Notes: generated by a model from the sequence alone, not told the origin. A stretch of 64,000 nucleotides of DNA from Opitutaceae bacterium (GCA_050289505.1 JBNKFW010000017.1:13783-77782), one strand, 5' to 3'; shown: positions 27,078 through 37,568, counted from the stretch's first letter. A program made the numbers and translations.

Positions 27078-30000
27078 TTATTCAGCGGCCAACAACTTGC
27101 TGCCTTGGGCTTTCAAGTCGTCGATACTGATTTCGCCTTTGTCGACCTTGGCGAGGAGGGCCTTTTGGGCTTCGTAGTCTTTGTTCACTACGCCTGCATG
27201 GCTTTGGAGCATACGCCACGCTTTGCGGCGCTCGATGTTGAAGAGCACCATTTGGCGGCTCATCTTCATGGGGATATGCTTTCCGTTGCCCGCGTCGTAG
27301 TTGATGTAGACGCCGAAGTCGGGGATGTAAGCTCGGTTTTTCGGATCGTTGAAACGACGGTACACCACGTCTTGTTGAGTGACTCGAATGAGGACGTCTT
27401 CGAGGTGCTGCATGCGCTCGAGCTCTTCTGGCTTCGCCTTTTTGATGTGCTGACGGAAGCGAGCTTCGGTGCATGCCCAGTGCGCGATGGTGAAGGAATA
27501 GGTTTCCTTGGTTTCGCTGTACTTGGCCTGGAACCAGTCGCGGTCCGGGTTTTTGTTGCCCTTGAGGCTGAGGGCCTCGTGGTAGGACTCGCCCAGCTGC
27601 GGATTGAAGACGAACTCGGGCAAGCAACGGCTGTCGCGAGCGAGGGTCGCTTGGTTGGTTGCCATATTGTCCGCCACGCCGTGCTCCGGCTGACAAGTTG
27701 TGTAGCACTGGAAGAAGGCTACGCCGCGGTACTGGAGGCCTTCGAGCAAGCTGTTGTAGAGCTTAGCTGAGTCGGCCATGGAGACTTGAGCAAGGTAGGG
27801 AGAGCCGTGTCCATTGAGGAAACACTCGGTGATGTTCTTCATCTCGTTGAGCTTTCCTTGGGAAGCGGCGCCTGCTTGGTTCATGTCGAAACCACCGGTC
27901 ATCGGGCTGTGGTCAGAGTTTTGACCACCAGTATTTGAATACACCTGGGTATCGAGCATGAGAAGCTTCACGTTCGGACGGTTTTGTAGGATGACCTTGG
28001 ATACGTTTTGGAATCCGATGTCGCCCATGCCGCCGTCGCCGCCAACACACCAGACCTTGGGAAGTTCCTTGATTTCCTGGTCGGTCATCAAGGCATCGGT
28101 GAAGTGGGTGTAGTTGAAGTAGGTCGCTTCGTCGAGCAAGTCGCCGTCCATGAGGTGGTCGACCATGCGCTCTGGAAGTACGGAGCGACGGGCGTTTTCC
28201 GTCATGAAGCTTTCGCCCATCATCCATGAGATGGTGGCTCCGTCTTGGAAGAGGGAGTTCAACCATGGGTAGGGGTGAGGGTTGTTTGGCGGAGTGGAGC
28301 CGTAGACCGTGTTGCAGCCAGTGTGGGCGCCCATGGCCATGACGGACATGCCGTTGGCGAGGCGTCCGTCGATGGACTGCAGGTTCTTGTGGTTGAAGGC
28401 TTCCTTCTCGAGAACGAGAGCGATGGCCTCGATGAGGTCCGCATCCGAGATTTCGCCATGAGCGGCGAGTCGGGCGTCGGTGTCCTGGTCGGAGTCGCCG
28501 CCGAGTCCCATGATGACGTGGGAAACGATCCGCTTCCAAGTCGCGTAGGCTTGGGCGTCGCTCTTGGCGAGCTCGGCCAATTTGGCAGGGCCTTCGGCTT
28601 TGAGCTTGGCAACCTTTTCGAGGAAGCGGTCCGCCTTCTTGTGGTAGACGGGACGCATGTAGGCTTCGGTTACGGAAGCGAGAGCGTGGAGGATGGGCTT
28701 TTCGCCACAGCCCGCGCAGGCGCCGTCGCCGGATACGAGCGCGTCGTAGTTGCGGTTGACCATCATGTGGTTTCTCCAAGCGGCGGGACGGGAGTCTTCC
28801 GGCGTCTCGTCGTTGTAGAGACCGAGGTACTTTTGGTTGGTGCCAGGAAGGAGTTTGAGGAACTCGGTCGCGGAGAGGATCTCGGCGTTGTATTCCTCGG
28901 TGTCTTCCACCATGCGCAGCGCATCGTGGTCGCCACACTCTTCCACGCAAAGGCCGCAACCTTTACAGAGGTCGGAAACGAAGATGGAGAAGATGCCGCC
29001 CATGCCTTTTTCCTTTCGCTCGAGCGAGAAGAAGACGGCAGGAACCTTGAGGTAGGCGAGCGGAAGGATCTTGAGGATCGCGTCGAGCTCGTCGGCGGCG
29101 GCTGGGGAGATCTTCTCTTCGGCCCGTACGATTTCCATGACGAGGTCGCGCACGGATTCGCCTTCCTTCTTCTTGGCGTTTTCTTGCATGCGGTCGCGGA
29201 TCGCTTGGTCGACATCAGGAATGGCGGCGGCGATGAGGGCGCGTTGCTCGGGCTCGCGAACGTAATTGTCCACGGCAGTGCGAAGGATGGTCTGCAGATC
29301 CTGGGCAGTATTTGGCAGAGCGGTATCCGGGCAGGAAGTGATACATTCCATACACTGGGTACAGTTTTCGGCGAAGTACTTCGGGGTCTCGCGGCGAGCT
29401 CCGTACTTGGAGGCGCTGGATCCGGTGGCGGAGGCCATGACGCCGACGGCGGAAAGCGGCGATGCGGGCTGGTCGTAGCCGAGGCCGGCGCGGAATTCCT
29501 TATCGAAAGCCTGGGTGCGGTACATGGGAGTTCCCGCGGGTTGGTCTTCGTGGGGAGTGCAGCCGCAAGCTCCGCCGCAGTCGGTGTTTGGCATGAGCAT
29601 CTCGCCGCGCATGGCGGAGAGGTCAGGCGCGTCGACGGGACCGTAGGGGACTTCGCGGATTTGGGTGCCGCCTTGGGTCATGACTTCCATATTGGAATCG
29701 ACCACGGCGTCGCCGAACTTGCCGAACTTCTTGTTGTACTGAGCGCGGACGACTTCCTTGAAGTGGTCTTCTTCGATGCCGAAGGTTTGCAGGAATGGGG
29801 AAACCTTGAAGAAGGCGCCGAGGAAGGAATTGCCCTGCATGCGGAGTTGCAGTTCGGGGCGATTGGTCGCCTTCTTGGCGATGTTGAAGCCAGGTAGGGT
29901 GTAGACGCGGATCTTCTTATCGATGATCTCCTGGCGGAATTTTTGCGGGATGCGGCTCCAGGCTTGCTCGGGAGATTCGGAGGATTCCCAGATGAAGGCT

Positions 30001-31721
30001 CCGCCTTCCACGAGACCCTTGATCGGATTGATGTGGGTGAAGGCTTTCGGATCGCAGCAGAGCACGACGTTGACGTGCTTGAGGTCGCAGTTGACGCGAA
30101 CGCGTTCCGGAGCGGCGGTGAGGAAGTACTCCGTGGGAGAACCTTTTTTCTCGGATCCGTACTTCGGGTTGGCGGAGACGTGTACGACTTCCTTGGGAGC
30201 TCCGTTTTCGTCGAGCTCGTTGTCGCGTTCCGCAACGTAGGTGCCGAGTTCGCCGATGATTTCCGCGAGGTTTTTGCCTGTGGTGATCATGCCCCAGCCG
30301 CCGATGGAGTGGAGGCGGACAGCGATGGCGTCCTTTGGCAGGAGAGACGGAGTTTCATCCGCGCAAACGGAGTAAGGGTGGTCGACGCCGAGATTGAAGA
30401 AGGTGACGCCGTCTGCGGCGGTCTTGCCGTCTTGGCGAGCGCGGCCTTCGGCCACGAATTCGTAGGCGCCGATGATGTGCTCAGGACGGAAGTCGCGGGA
30501 ACCGAGTCCGTAGACGCCGGAATAGTTGCGAGGGACTTCGCTTTGCTCGATGGTTGGGAGGCCGTCGCGGTGAGGGAATCCTGGATGGATGTAGCTCTTG
30601 GTAAGGGCGGCGCGAACTTCGCGGGCGAGCGGGTTGTCGCCGGCGAATGGCTCGTCGGTACGCTCGAGGATGATGCAGGACTTCTTGCCGCGGAGAGCTT
30701 CGACGATGGCCGCTTGAGGGAAGGGACGGATCACGTTTACGTGGATCGAACCAACCTTGACGCCGCGGGTTTCGCGCAGGTGATCGACGGCGGCTTCGAT
30801 GTTTTCGGCGGCGGAGCCGAGGGAAATGAAGGTGACTTCGGCGTCGTCGTTGCGGTATTCGGAGACGAGGCTGTAGTGGCGGCCGGTGAGGTTGCCGAAT
30901 TCGTTGTAGGCTTCCTCGATGAAACCGAGGATGGGCTCTACGAAATTGTTACGTCGGGCGACGACCCCGTTCATGTAGTGCTCCTGGTTCTGTACAGGGC
31001 CGATGAGAGCGGGATCCTTGAGGTCGATGACCTTAGGGATGCGGCGGCGGGTCGGACCGAAGAGTTCCTTTTGGGCTTCGGTCGGGCACTCTACGATGTC
31101 GTCGGGCGAGCCGAGGAATTCGCGGAGGAGCTCCGACTCGTGCTTGAGGAAGGTGCGCTCGAGGTGGGAAGTGAGGAAGCCGTCCTGAATGTTCATGCCC
31201 GGAGTGAGGGCCTTTTCGGTGACCTTGCGGAGGATGACGGCTTGGTCGGCGGCTTGCTGGGCGTCCTTGGCGAACATCATGATCCAGCCGGTGTCGAGGG
31301 CGGCGTAAATGTCGTCGTGCCCGCAATGTACGTTCAAGGCGTGCTTGGTCAGGGCGCGGGCGGCGACTTCGAGTACCATGGTGGAGAGCTTGCCCGGAGC
31401 GTGGTAGTATTGCTCGACGCCGTAGACGATCCCTTGTCCGGAGGTGAAGTTGACGGTCCGCTTTCCAGTTACGGATTGGGCAATGGCTCCGCCTTGAGCG
31501 GCGTGTTCGCCTTCGGTCTCGATGGCGATCGTCGGTTGTCCGAATACGTTGAGCTGGCCCTTCGCGCGGGCGAACTCGAACATTTCGCCCATTTCCGTAG
31601 AAGGCGTGATCGGGTAAAACACTCCGGCTTCGGCGATTCGAGCCTCCGTGTAGAGGGCGACCAATTGGTTGCCGTTAGTCGTGATGCGAATGCCGGGGTA
31701 TTTCGGTTTCGAAGCGATCAT
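27078..31721 (-). CDS. Pyruvate:ferredoxin/flavodoxin oxidoreductase (homodimeric NifJ-type), long form
   Basis: YPITPSTEM, EGEHAAQG, SIGGWG, two CxxCxxCxxxC motifs, CAGCGE, TGCNTVYG and GGDGGMGDIG. Confidence 0.95.
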   Translation of the reverse strand: MIASKPKYPGIRITTNGNQLVALYTEARIAEAGVFYPITPSTEMGEMFEFARAKGQLNVFGQPTIAIETEGEHAAQGGAIAQSVTGKRTVNFTSGQGIVYGVEQYYHAPGKLSTMVLEVAARALTKHALNVHCGHDDIYAALDTGWIMMFAKDAQQAADQAVILRKVTEKALTPGMNIQDGFLTSHLERTFLKHESELLREFLGSPDDIVECPTEAQKELFGPTRRRIPKVIDLKDPALIGPVQNQEHYMNGVVARRNNFVEPILGFIEEAYNEFGNLTGRHYSLVSEYRNDDAEVTFISLGSAAENIEAAVDHLRETRGVKVGSIHVNVIRPFPQAAIVEALRGKKSCIILERTDEPFAGDNPLAREVRAALTKSYIHPGFPHRDGLPTIEQSEVPRNYSGVYGLGSRDFRPEHIIGAYEFVAEGRARQDGKTAADGVTFFNLGVDHPYSVCADETPSLLPKDAIAVRLHSIGGWGMITTGKNLAEIIGELGTYVAERDNELDENGAPKEVVHVSANPKYGSEKKGSPTEYFLTAAPERVRVNCDLKHVNVVLCCDPKAFTHINPIKGLVEGGAFIWESSESPEQAWSRIPQKFRQEIIDKKIRVYTLPGFNIAKKATNRPELQLRMQGNSFLGAFFKVSPFLQTFGIEEDHFKEVVRAQYNKKFGKFGDAVVDSNMEVMTQGGTQIREVPYGPVDAPDLSAMRGEMLMPNTDCGGACGCTPHEDQPAGTPMYRTQAFDKEFRAGLGYDQPASPLSAVGVMASATGSSASKYGARRETPKYFAENCTQCMECITSCPDTALPNTAQDLQTILRTAVDNYVREPEQRALIAAAIPDVDQAIRDRMQENAKKKEGESVRDLVMEIVRAEEKISPAAADELDAILKILPLAYLKVPAVFFSLERKEKGMGGIFSIFVSDLCKGCGLCVEECGDHDALRMVEDTEEYNAEILSATEFLKLLPGTNQKYLGLYNDETPEDSRPAAWRNHMMVNRNYDALVSGDGACAGCGEKPILHALASVTEAYMRPVYHKKADRFLEKVAKLKAEGPAKLAELAKSDAQAYATWKRIVSHVIMGLGGDSDQDTDARLAAHGEISDADLIEAIALVLEKEAFNHKNLQSIDGRLANGMSVMAMGAHTGCNTVYGSTPPNNPHPYPWLNSLFQDGATISWMMGESFMTENARRSVLPERMVDHLMDGDLLDEATYFNYTHFTDALMTDQEIKELPKVWCVGGDGGMGDIGFQNVSKVILQNRPNVKLLMLDTQVYSNTGGQNSDHSPMTGGFDMNQAGAASQGKLNEMKNITECFLNGHGSPYLAQVSMADSAKLYNSLLEGLQYRGVAFFQCYTTCQPEHGVADNMATNQATLARDSRCLPEFVFNPQLGESYHEALSLKGNKNPDRDWFQAKYSETKETYSFTIAHWACTEARFRQHIKKAKPEELERMQHLEDVLIRVTQQDVVYRRFNDPKNRAYIPDFGVYINYDAGNGKHIPMKMSRQMVLFNIERRKAWRMLQSHAGVVNKDYEAQKALLAKVDKGEISIDDLKAQGSKLLAAE

Positions 31722-32003
31722 AGTACTGTTGTTTATGCTTTTGAAAATAGATTCTAAGCCACTGCTCTGTTCCTGGAAATCGACGAAACCGACGCTTCAT
31801 CGGGCAGGGACAAATAGTAGTCCGATAGCATCTCGCAGTTGCCTGATGGTTTAAAGACAAAAATATCTTTAATTGTCGTTGTCGTAGAAAACTGCGGGCG
31901 GGCTGAACGGGGTGGGCATCTTAAGGTGATCCGCTTCGGCGTTTAAGCAAGATGAAGCTTGAATCAGCGCAGTAAGCTTGTCGTTTTAACCGCCTTTAAG
32001 CAG

Positions 32004-33038
32004 ATGACAGGCAAGGAACAGGACGGACTAGGACGAATACTCGAAGGGAGCGCGGAGGCACTCGCAAGGGCGAAGGCGGAGTTCGAGTCGACGCCCGTCG
32101 ACCAGGATTGGTCTGCGGAGGAACCTGCTCCTCGACTAGCCCGCGCCAGGACAATTGCCCGACCGGTCGAGGTGAGCGCACCGGGGACTTTTTCCAAGAA
32201 CTCGATTCGCACGCTGCGGCTCGAGCCCACGGAGCTTTCCGGTTGGTGGCTGCAGCGCTGCGATATTCCGAATTCGCTCCCGATCAAAGTCTCGATTCGC
32301 AACGTGTGGACCACGGGCGAAATCGTGAGCAATATCGTGCTGCGCTCCGGCTCCTCGCACAATTACGTGCGGCTGGTAGAGCACATCATCGCCCTGAAGG
32401 CGGGCATGGACGTCGATAACTTGCTGATCAAGCTCGAGTCGGGCGACCCGCCGCTCTTCAACGCTGGCAGCAAGGAGCTGGTCGAAGCGATCCAATCCGC
32501 CGGTCGCCGCGAGCTCGATACTCCGGTCCGCTACTTCACGGTCAAGGAACGCGTCTCCCTGCTGACGCCGCACAATGGTTTGTTGATGATCGACCCGGCT
32601 GACGAAGGGAGTCTGAGGCTCGACATCGACTGCGTGCGCAATTTCCCCAACGCGATCGGGCAACAGCGAATTCGGTTCGTGAACAACGAGCGCTCGTTTT
32701 TGCACGGTTCGACCGCTCGCACGAATACGTCGGCGCGGCAGAAATTTTTGGTAACGACTTTTGGAAAGCTTTTTCCCGAGTCGCGAAACCTTGGATACAA
32801 CAGCAAAAACGTGCTGATCGCCGGGAAGAAGAAGTACAGCAACGAACCGAGCCACATGCACGAGGGCAAGTCGCTCGAGGCCGCTTGGCACCGGGCGGTG
32901 CTGGATCTGCTGGCGGCGCTGGCCTTGATCGACGAGGGGCGTTTTGTAGGCAAGATCGTCGACTACAAGGGCGGGCATTATCCGGACGTGGAGATGGTGA
33001 AGCTGCTCTACGCGTACGATCTGCTGGTTGAGGTTTGA
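32004..33038 (+). CDS. LpxC-like UDP-3-O-acyl-GlcNAc deacetylase family protein (divergent)
   Basis: LVEHIIAL...DNLLIKL...PPLFNAGS and HRAVLDLL...GGH resemble LpxC motifs. Confidence 0.7.
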   Translation: MTGKEQDGLGRILEGSAEALARAKAEFESTPVDQDWSAEEPAPRLARARTIARPVEVSAPGTFSKNSIRTLRLEPTELSGWWLQRCDIPNSLPIKVSIRNVWTTGEIVSNIVLRSGSSHNYVRLVEHIIALKAGMDVDNLLIKLESGDPPLFNAGSKELVEAIQSAGRRELDTPVRYFTVKERVSLLTPHNGLLMIDPADEGSLRLDIDCVRNFPNAIGQQRIRFVNNERSFLHGSTARTNTSARQKFLVTTFGKLFPESRNLGYNSKNVLIAGKKKYSNEPSHMHEGKSLEAAWHRAVLDLLAALALIDEGRFVGKIVDYKGGHYPDVEMVKLLYAYDLLVEV

Positions 33039-33080
33039 GCGAGGCTTGCCTCCGGAGAATCAAGGCGCGAGTTTGGACGC

Positions 33081-33920
33081 ATGCGCTGCCCCAGATCCGT
33101 TTTTTCGACCCCTATTATCGCTGCCACTTTTGTGCTGCTAGTCTTTGGCTTTTCGGAGTCCAGGGCTGAAAGGTTTTCAATTTATCGATCCTCGGAGGGA
33201 GCGGTGAAGGGGTGGAGCCACATCGTGACGAACCCGGAGAATTTTCCGCTGGTTTCGCTGGAGAATGCCAAATACGCCGTCGACGAGCGATCGCTGGCCA
33301 GCGAGGGAAAGGACTTGGACAAACCCGTTTTTCGGACGGTTTTAGTGCGCAAGATGAGCAACTGGGGGCAGCAGCACGCCAACGGGATTGAGCCGGTTTT
33401 TTCTGAAACGCCACTGCGGGTGGGAGATCTGGAATCGGTGACGATTCGCCTAAAGCTGAACGCGAAGGATTCGAAGATCCCAGACGCTGCGGAGTTGCGG
33501 GAGCACTACAGCGGCCACCTTTCAAGCGAAGAGATTCAAGCCTTGGACAAGGGTGTTCCGTGCCTCGGGCTGACTTTCGTGGAGGCGGGCTACAATGACC
33601 AGAGCACGGAAACGCTCAATGCGGTTTACTCGCTCGAGTTCGACCCGAGTCGCGATTTCGATCGCTGGTTGGAAATTACGATTCCGTTGGCCGATTTTAC
33701 CTTTGGCTTCGAAAAGGACTATTCGCTGCGGGAGGTGGATCGGAGCACGGTGCTCGAACATGAGTTCGTTGGTTTTCGTATCAATCCCGAGACGACCGGA
33801 GGTGGCGTGGCTCGCAGCTTTATTGGCGAAAAGTGGGATGGATCGGTTCCGGAGCTCTATAAGGAACTTTCGGTTTCGCTCGAGTTCGTCGAAGCGAAGC
33901 TAGAAAAAGGCGGAGAGTAG
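33081..33920 (+). CDS. Hypothetical secreted protein
   Basis: Signal peptide and codon usage like neighbouring genes. No family recognised. Confidence 0.65.
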   Translation: MRCPRSVFSTPIIAATFVLLVFGFSESRAERFSIYRSSEGAVKGWSHIVTNPENFPLVSLENAKYAVDERSLASEGKDLDKPVFRTVLVRKMSNWGQQHANGIEPVFSETPLRVGDLESVTIRLKLNAKDSKIPDAAELREHYSGHLSSEEIQALDKGVPCLGLTFVEAGYNDQSTETLNAVYSLEFDPSRDFDRWLEITIPLADFTFGFEKDYSLREVDRSTVLEHEFVGFRINPETTGGGVARSFIGEKWDGSVPELYKELSVSLEFVEAKLEKGGE

Positions 33921-33955
33921 AAACTCCCCGCCTGGAATTGCAATTCGTTTGCCGC

Positions 33956-34960
33956 TTAGACTTCCGAGTCGTTTTTGATGAACTCGATCAGTTCGTCGAC
34001 TTGGGTAAAGGCCACGGCACAGTAGGTGTCGGCCGCTCCGTAGTAGATGGCGATCTTGCCGCTCGGTGCGTCGTACATGGTGGCGCAAGGGAACGCCACG
34101 TTCGGCACGAATCCGGTGGTTTCGTAGCTCTTTTCGGGCGTGAGAACGTATCCGCGGGTGCGGTAGAGCACCTTGGATGGATCTTCGAGGTCGAGCAGGG
34201 CGGCGCCGATGCTGTAGACGTAACCGTTACAGGTGGTGGATACGCCATGATAGAAGAGCAGCCAGCCTTCCGTGGTTTCGATGGGGATCGGGCCGGCGCC
34301 GACTTTCACGCCCTGCCACCAGCCTGAACCGCCGGCGCTCATGACGTGACGGTGCTTGCCCCAGTAGGTCATGTCAGGGGAATGGCTGAGGAAGATGTCG
34401 CCAAACGGGGTGTGAGCGCTGTCGGATGGACGGCTGAGCAGAACGTATTCGCCGCCGATCTTGCGCGGGAAGAGAACGCCGTTTCGGTTGAATGGCATCA
34501 ATGGATTTTCAGCTTTGATGAAAGTCTTGAAATCCTTGGTGTAGCCCATGCCGATGGAAGCGCCCTTCATGTCGTCGCACCAAGTAATATAATAGGTGTC
34601 TTCGATCTTCACCACGCGTGGGTCGTAGGCGTAGGAATTTGGATTGGGATCCCCTTTCTCGTCGATCCATTCGATGAGCTGGTCCTCGAGATCCCAATCG
34701 ATCGCGTTGGCGCTGGTGCCGAAGTGCAGGCCGGCGCGGCCGCTTTTGTCGTCGATGCGGAATACTCCCACGAAACCGTCTCCGTAAGGGACGACCGCGC
34801 TGTTGTAGGCGCGGGCGCCGCTTGGAATCGGATTCCAGCCGATGATTGGATTTTGGCTGAAACGCCACACCGGCTCGTTGCAGCCCGCTGGCTTATCTTC
34901 CCAAGGAATGTTGGGGAGAGCACTTCCGATGATGGTGGAGGGATTTGAGTTTTCGCTCAT
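33956..34960 (-). CDS. Glycoside hydrolase family 130 (beta-1,4-mannooligosaccharide phosphorylase-like)
   Basis: YNSAVV, YAYDPRVVKIED, NRNGVLFPRKI, LSRPSD, KVGAGP, VPNVAFP and YYGAADT. Confidence 0.95.
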   Translation of the reverse strand: MSENSNPSTIIGSALPNIPWEDKPAGCNEPVWRFSQNPIIGWNPIPSGARAYNSAVVPYGDGFVGVFRIDDKSGRAGLHFGTSANAIDWDLEDQLIEWIDEKGDPNPNSYAYDPRVVKIEDTYYITWCDDMKGASIGMGYTKDFKTFIKAENPLMPFNRNGVLFPRKIGGEYVLLSRPSDSAHTPFGDIFLSHSPDMTYWGKHRHVMSAGGSGWWQGVKVGAGPIPIETTEGWLLFYHGVSTTCNGYVYSIGAALLDLEDPSKVLYRTRGYVLTPEKSYETTGFVPNVAFPCATMYDAPSGKIAIYYGAADTYCAVAFTQVDELIEFIKNDSEV

Positions 34961-35283
34961 GATATTTGAGTTATATTGTCTTGTAACTTGTTGAGTGGAA
35001 ACAACTTGCGAGGATGTGGCTCGCACTGAAGAACGTATTGCTGCAAGTTTCAACTAAAATGCTGTGAAATCTTGGATTAATTGTACTAGGACTATTGCAA
35101 ATGAGTAGGGGTAAGTATTTATTGGCGTTTAGGTTGATTTCCCGTCTTTAATACAAGCCTTGTTTTCTGTCATTCCCTCGTTGTGAACTCCATTTTAATC
35201 CCGATTTGTTTGGCGTGGTCCCATTGCGGACCTCGCTTGGCTTTTGTTGATGAGCGGTGCTTAGGCTTTGGAAGGGAAAATCG

Positions 35284-37404
35284 ATGAAAGGGATTCGGTA
35301 CGAGTTGTTTCGCTTGCTGGTCGCGGCGGCGGCTGGATTCGTAGTGGCACTCGTCGTTTGGAGGTTTTGGCCGGAGGTTGCTTTGGCGTTGGCAGTCGTT
35401 CCGATGGTGGTGGCATTGCTTGTGGGCTTTGCTCTCCGGAGGGAGGCTTCGGAAGCAAACGAGAATACGGGAGGGGGATCGGGATCCTACATCAGCCCCA
35501 ATCAATGTCAGCCCGCTTTGTCAGCGGCTGGAGTAGGGGCTTGGATATGGGATTTCCAGTCAAACGAGCTCCATTGCACGCAAGATGTATTTAAGATTTT
35601 GGGACGGGATGACCCGCAACCAAAGTTGACCGCGGAGGTTTTCGAGAAGGGGGTGCATCTTGACGACCGGGAGGTTTTTAAGCGAGCAGTGGAGGCTGTA
35701 AAAGCGGGGACGCGAAGGAGTCCGCTCGACTGCCGTTTCGTCAAGCCCGGCGGAGGCGTCGTCTGGGTCGAATTGACGATGTGTCTTGTTGTGGGAGACG
35801 CGGGACAAATGCAGATCGCGGGAGCTATGACGGATGTGACCGAGAGGAAACACGTCGAAGCTCAGCTGGACCGCGGGGCTGCCTCGCTGGAAGCCATTCT
35901 GGAAAGCACCGACAATATCGTATTTTCCATCGACTCCGCCTATCGACTAACCGTCTTGAATTCGAGGTTTACGGCCAACGTGCGCTTTTCCTACGGCAAG
36001 ACGCTGCATCTCGGCGACGACATTCTAGACGCCGCACCTCGGGAGGTCGCCGCCCTTTGGAAGCCACGCTACCAGAGAGTTCTTGGAGGAGATTCTCTCC
36101 GTGTTGAGGAAGTATTCGAGGTGAAGGGTATTCGATACTATTTTGACGTATCGATGAATCCGATACGCGAGCATGGTCAGGTGACAGGTGTTGCCGTATA
36201 CAGCCGCAATATCACTCGACAAAAAATTCGCGAAAAGGAGTGGCTGGAGGCAAAGGAGCGGGCTGAGGAGAGCGATCGCTTGAAGTCTGCTTTTCTGGCG
36301 AACATGTCGCATGAAATTCGTACCCCTCTCAACGCGGTGATGGGCTTCGCCCAACTTTTGAAAACCGGTGATGGGACGAAAGAAGACAGGGAGAAATTTA
36401 TAGATATCATTCTCTCCAACGGAAACCATTTGCTGAAGATTTTGGGAGATATTATCGATCTCGCCCAAATCGAATCCAATCAGTTGCGAGTCGAGCCCAT
36501 TACCTTCGATCTCGGCTTGATGCTTGCTGAAACCTATTCCGTGTTCTTCGATCGAATACGCTCGCAGTCGGATGGCCATATAGAACTTGTAGTTGATAGT
36601 TCATTACAGGATTCGAACTACGTTTTGTGCGATGAGACTCGCTTGAAGCAGGTCATATACAATCTTGTTTCAAATTCGATCAAGTTTACCAGCGAGGGAA
36701 GCATCCGCGTGGGTTATGAGCGAAAAGAGGGAGGAATGATCGAATTTTTCGTGGCGGATACTGGAAGTGGAATCCCGGAGGAATCGAGGGAGCATGTGTT
36801 CAAGCGCTTCCGTCAAGGAAAGCATACGGTAGGTCGCCGCAATGATGGAGTGGGCTTGGGTTTGTCCATTTGCCAAGGGCTCGTGGCCTTGCTGGGGGGC
36901 GAAATTTGGGTGGAAGACAATTTCCCCTGTGGTTCGATATTCAAATTTACCATTCGGGATCATTCCAACGAAGTGAGCGTTTCGGCCATTCGTCCTCAAG
37001 AGAGCGAAGGAACGAAACCCTTGCTCCAGCCCACTAAATTGATGGCGGGCTGCCAGGTTTTGGTAGCGGAAGACGACGACATGAACTTCAAGGTGATCGA
37101 CGAGTTCCTAAGGAACGAGAGTCTCGTCGCGCTGCGCGCCGTGAACGGGCAAGAGGCGATTCACGAGGTGGAACGAAATCCGGAAATCCAACTTGTGGTC
37201 ATGGATTTGAGCATGCCGGTCCTCAATGGGCTCGAAGCGACGAAACGGATTAAGGAAATGAGACCGGAGTTGACGGTAATCGCTCACACGGCCCATGCCA
37301 TGCAACGGGAGTTGGATCTGGCGCTGGCGGCAGGTTGCTCGGATTGTCTGGTGAAACCGATCAGCATGGAGCGCTTCAAAGCGCTTTTGGCTCGTTACGT
37401 TTAA
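35284..37404 (+). CDS. Hybrid PAS-domain sensor histidine kinase/response regulator
   Basis: TM helices, two PAS/PAC domains, FLANMSHEIRTPLN, GVGLGLSI and C-terminal receiver VVMDLSMPVLNG. Confidence 0.95.
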   Translation: MKGIRYELFRLLVAAAAGFVVALVVWRFWPEVALALAVVPMVVALLVGFALRREASEANENTGGGSGSYISPNQCQPALSAAGVGAWIWDFQSNELHCTQDVFKILGRDDPQPKLTAEVFEKGVHLDDREVFKRAVEAVKAGTRRSPLDCRFVKPGGGVVWVELTMCLVVGDAGQMQIAGAMTDVTERKHVEAQLDRGAASLEAILESTDNIVFSIDSAYRLTVLNSRFTANVRFSYGKTLHLGDDILDAAPREVAALWKPRYQRVLGGDSLRVEEVFEVKGIRYYFDVSMNPIREHGQVTGVAVYSRNITRQKIREKEWLEAKERAEESDRLKSAFLANMSHEIRTPLNAVMGFAQLLKTGDGTKEDREKFIDIILSNGNHLLKILGDIIDLAQIESNQLRVEPITFDLGLMLAETYSVFFDRIRSQSDGHIELVVDSSLQDSNYVLCDETRLKQVIYNLVSNSIKFTSEGSIRVGYERKEGGMIEFFVADTGSGIPEESREHVFKRFRQGKHTVGRRNDGVGLGLSICQGLVALLGGEIWVEDNFPCGSIFKFTIRDHSNEVSVSAIRPQESEGTKPLLQPTKLMAGCQVLVAEDDDMNFKVIDEFLRNESLVALRAVNGQEAIHEVERNPEIQLVVMDLSMPVLNGLEATKRIKEMRPELTVIAHTAHAMQRELDLALAAGCSDCLVKPISMERFKALLARYV

Positions 37405-37471
37405 ACGGCTTTACCGAGCCCGAGGGCTTCGCGCTTGACGTTTAAGGGTTCCTTCCTACTTTGATTCTTTC

Positions 37472-37537
37472 ATGTCACTCGTATCAAACTACGCGTTTTG
37501 GTTTTATTACTTCTGGAATTTCCAGGGGCGAGATTGA
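37472..37537 (+). CDS. Aromatic-rich attenuator leader peptide MSLVSNYAFWFYYFWNFQGRD
   Basis: 21-codon ORF with 3 Tyr, 4 Phe and 2 Trp, directly upstream of a terminator and the DAHP synthase. Below the ORF-track length cutoff. Confidence 0.85.
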   Translation: MSLVSNYAFWFYYFWNFQGRD

Positions 37538-37568
37538 CGTGTCTATATAGAACCAAGCATATCCGCAG

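Noticed and set aside
27033-31757. Long plus-strand ORFs (27033-27770, 28245-29897, 29943-31757) opposite PFOR
   Set aside because: These are antisense shadows of a strongly codon-biased gene, with no recognisable motifs.
31851-31872. TTAAAGA-N8-TCTTTAA inverted repeat upstream of PFOR as an FNR or Rex box
   Set aside because: It matches neither consensus, and an AT-rich chance palindrome cannot be excluded.
35041-35053. Possible LacI-type operator upstream of GH130 (TGCAAGTTTCA)
   Set aside because: It lacks the central CG and the symmetry is too weak to call.
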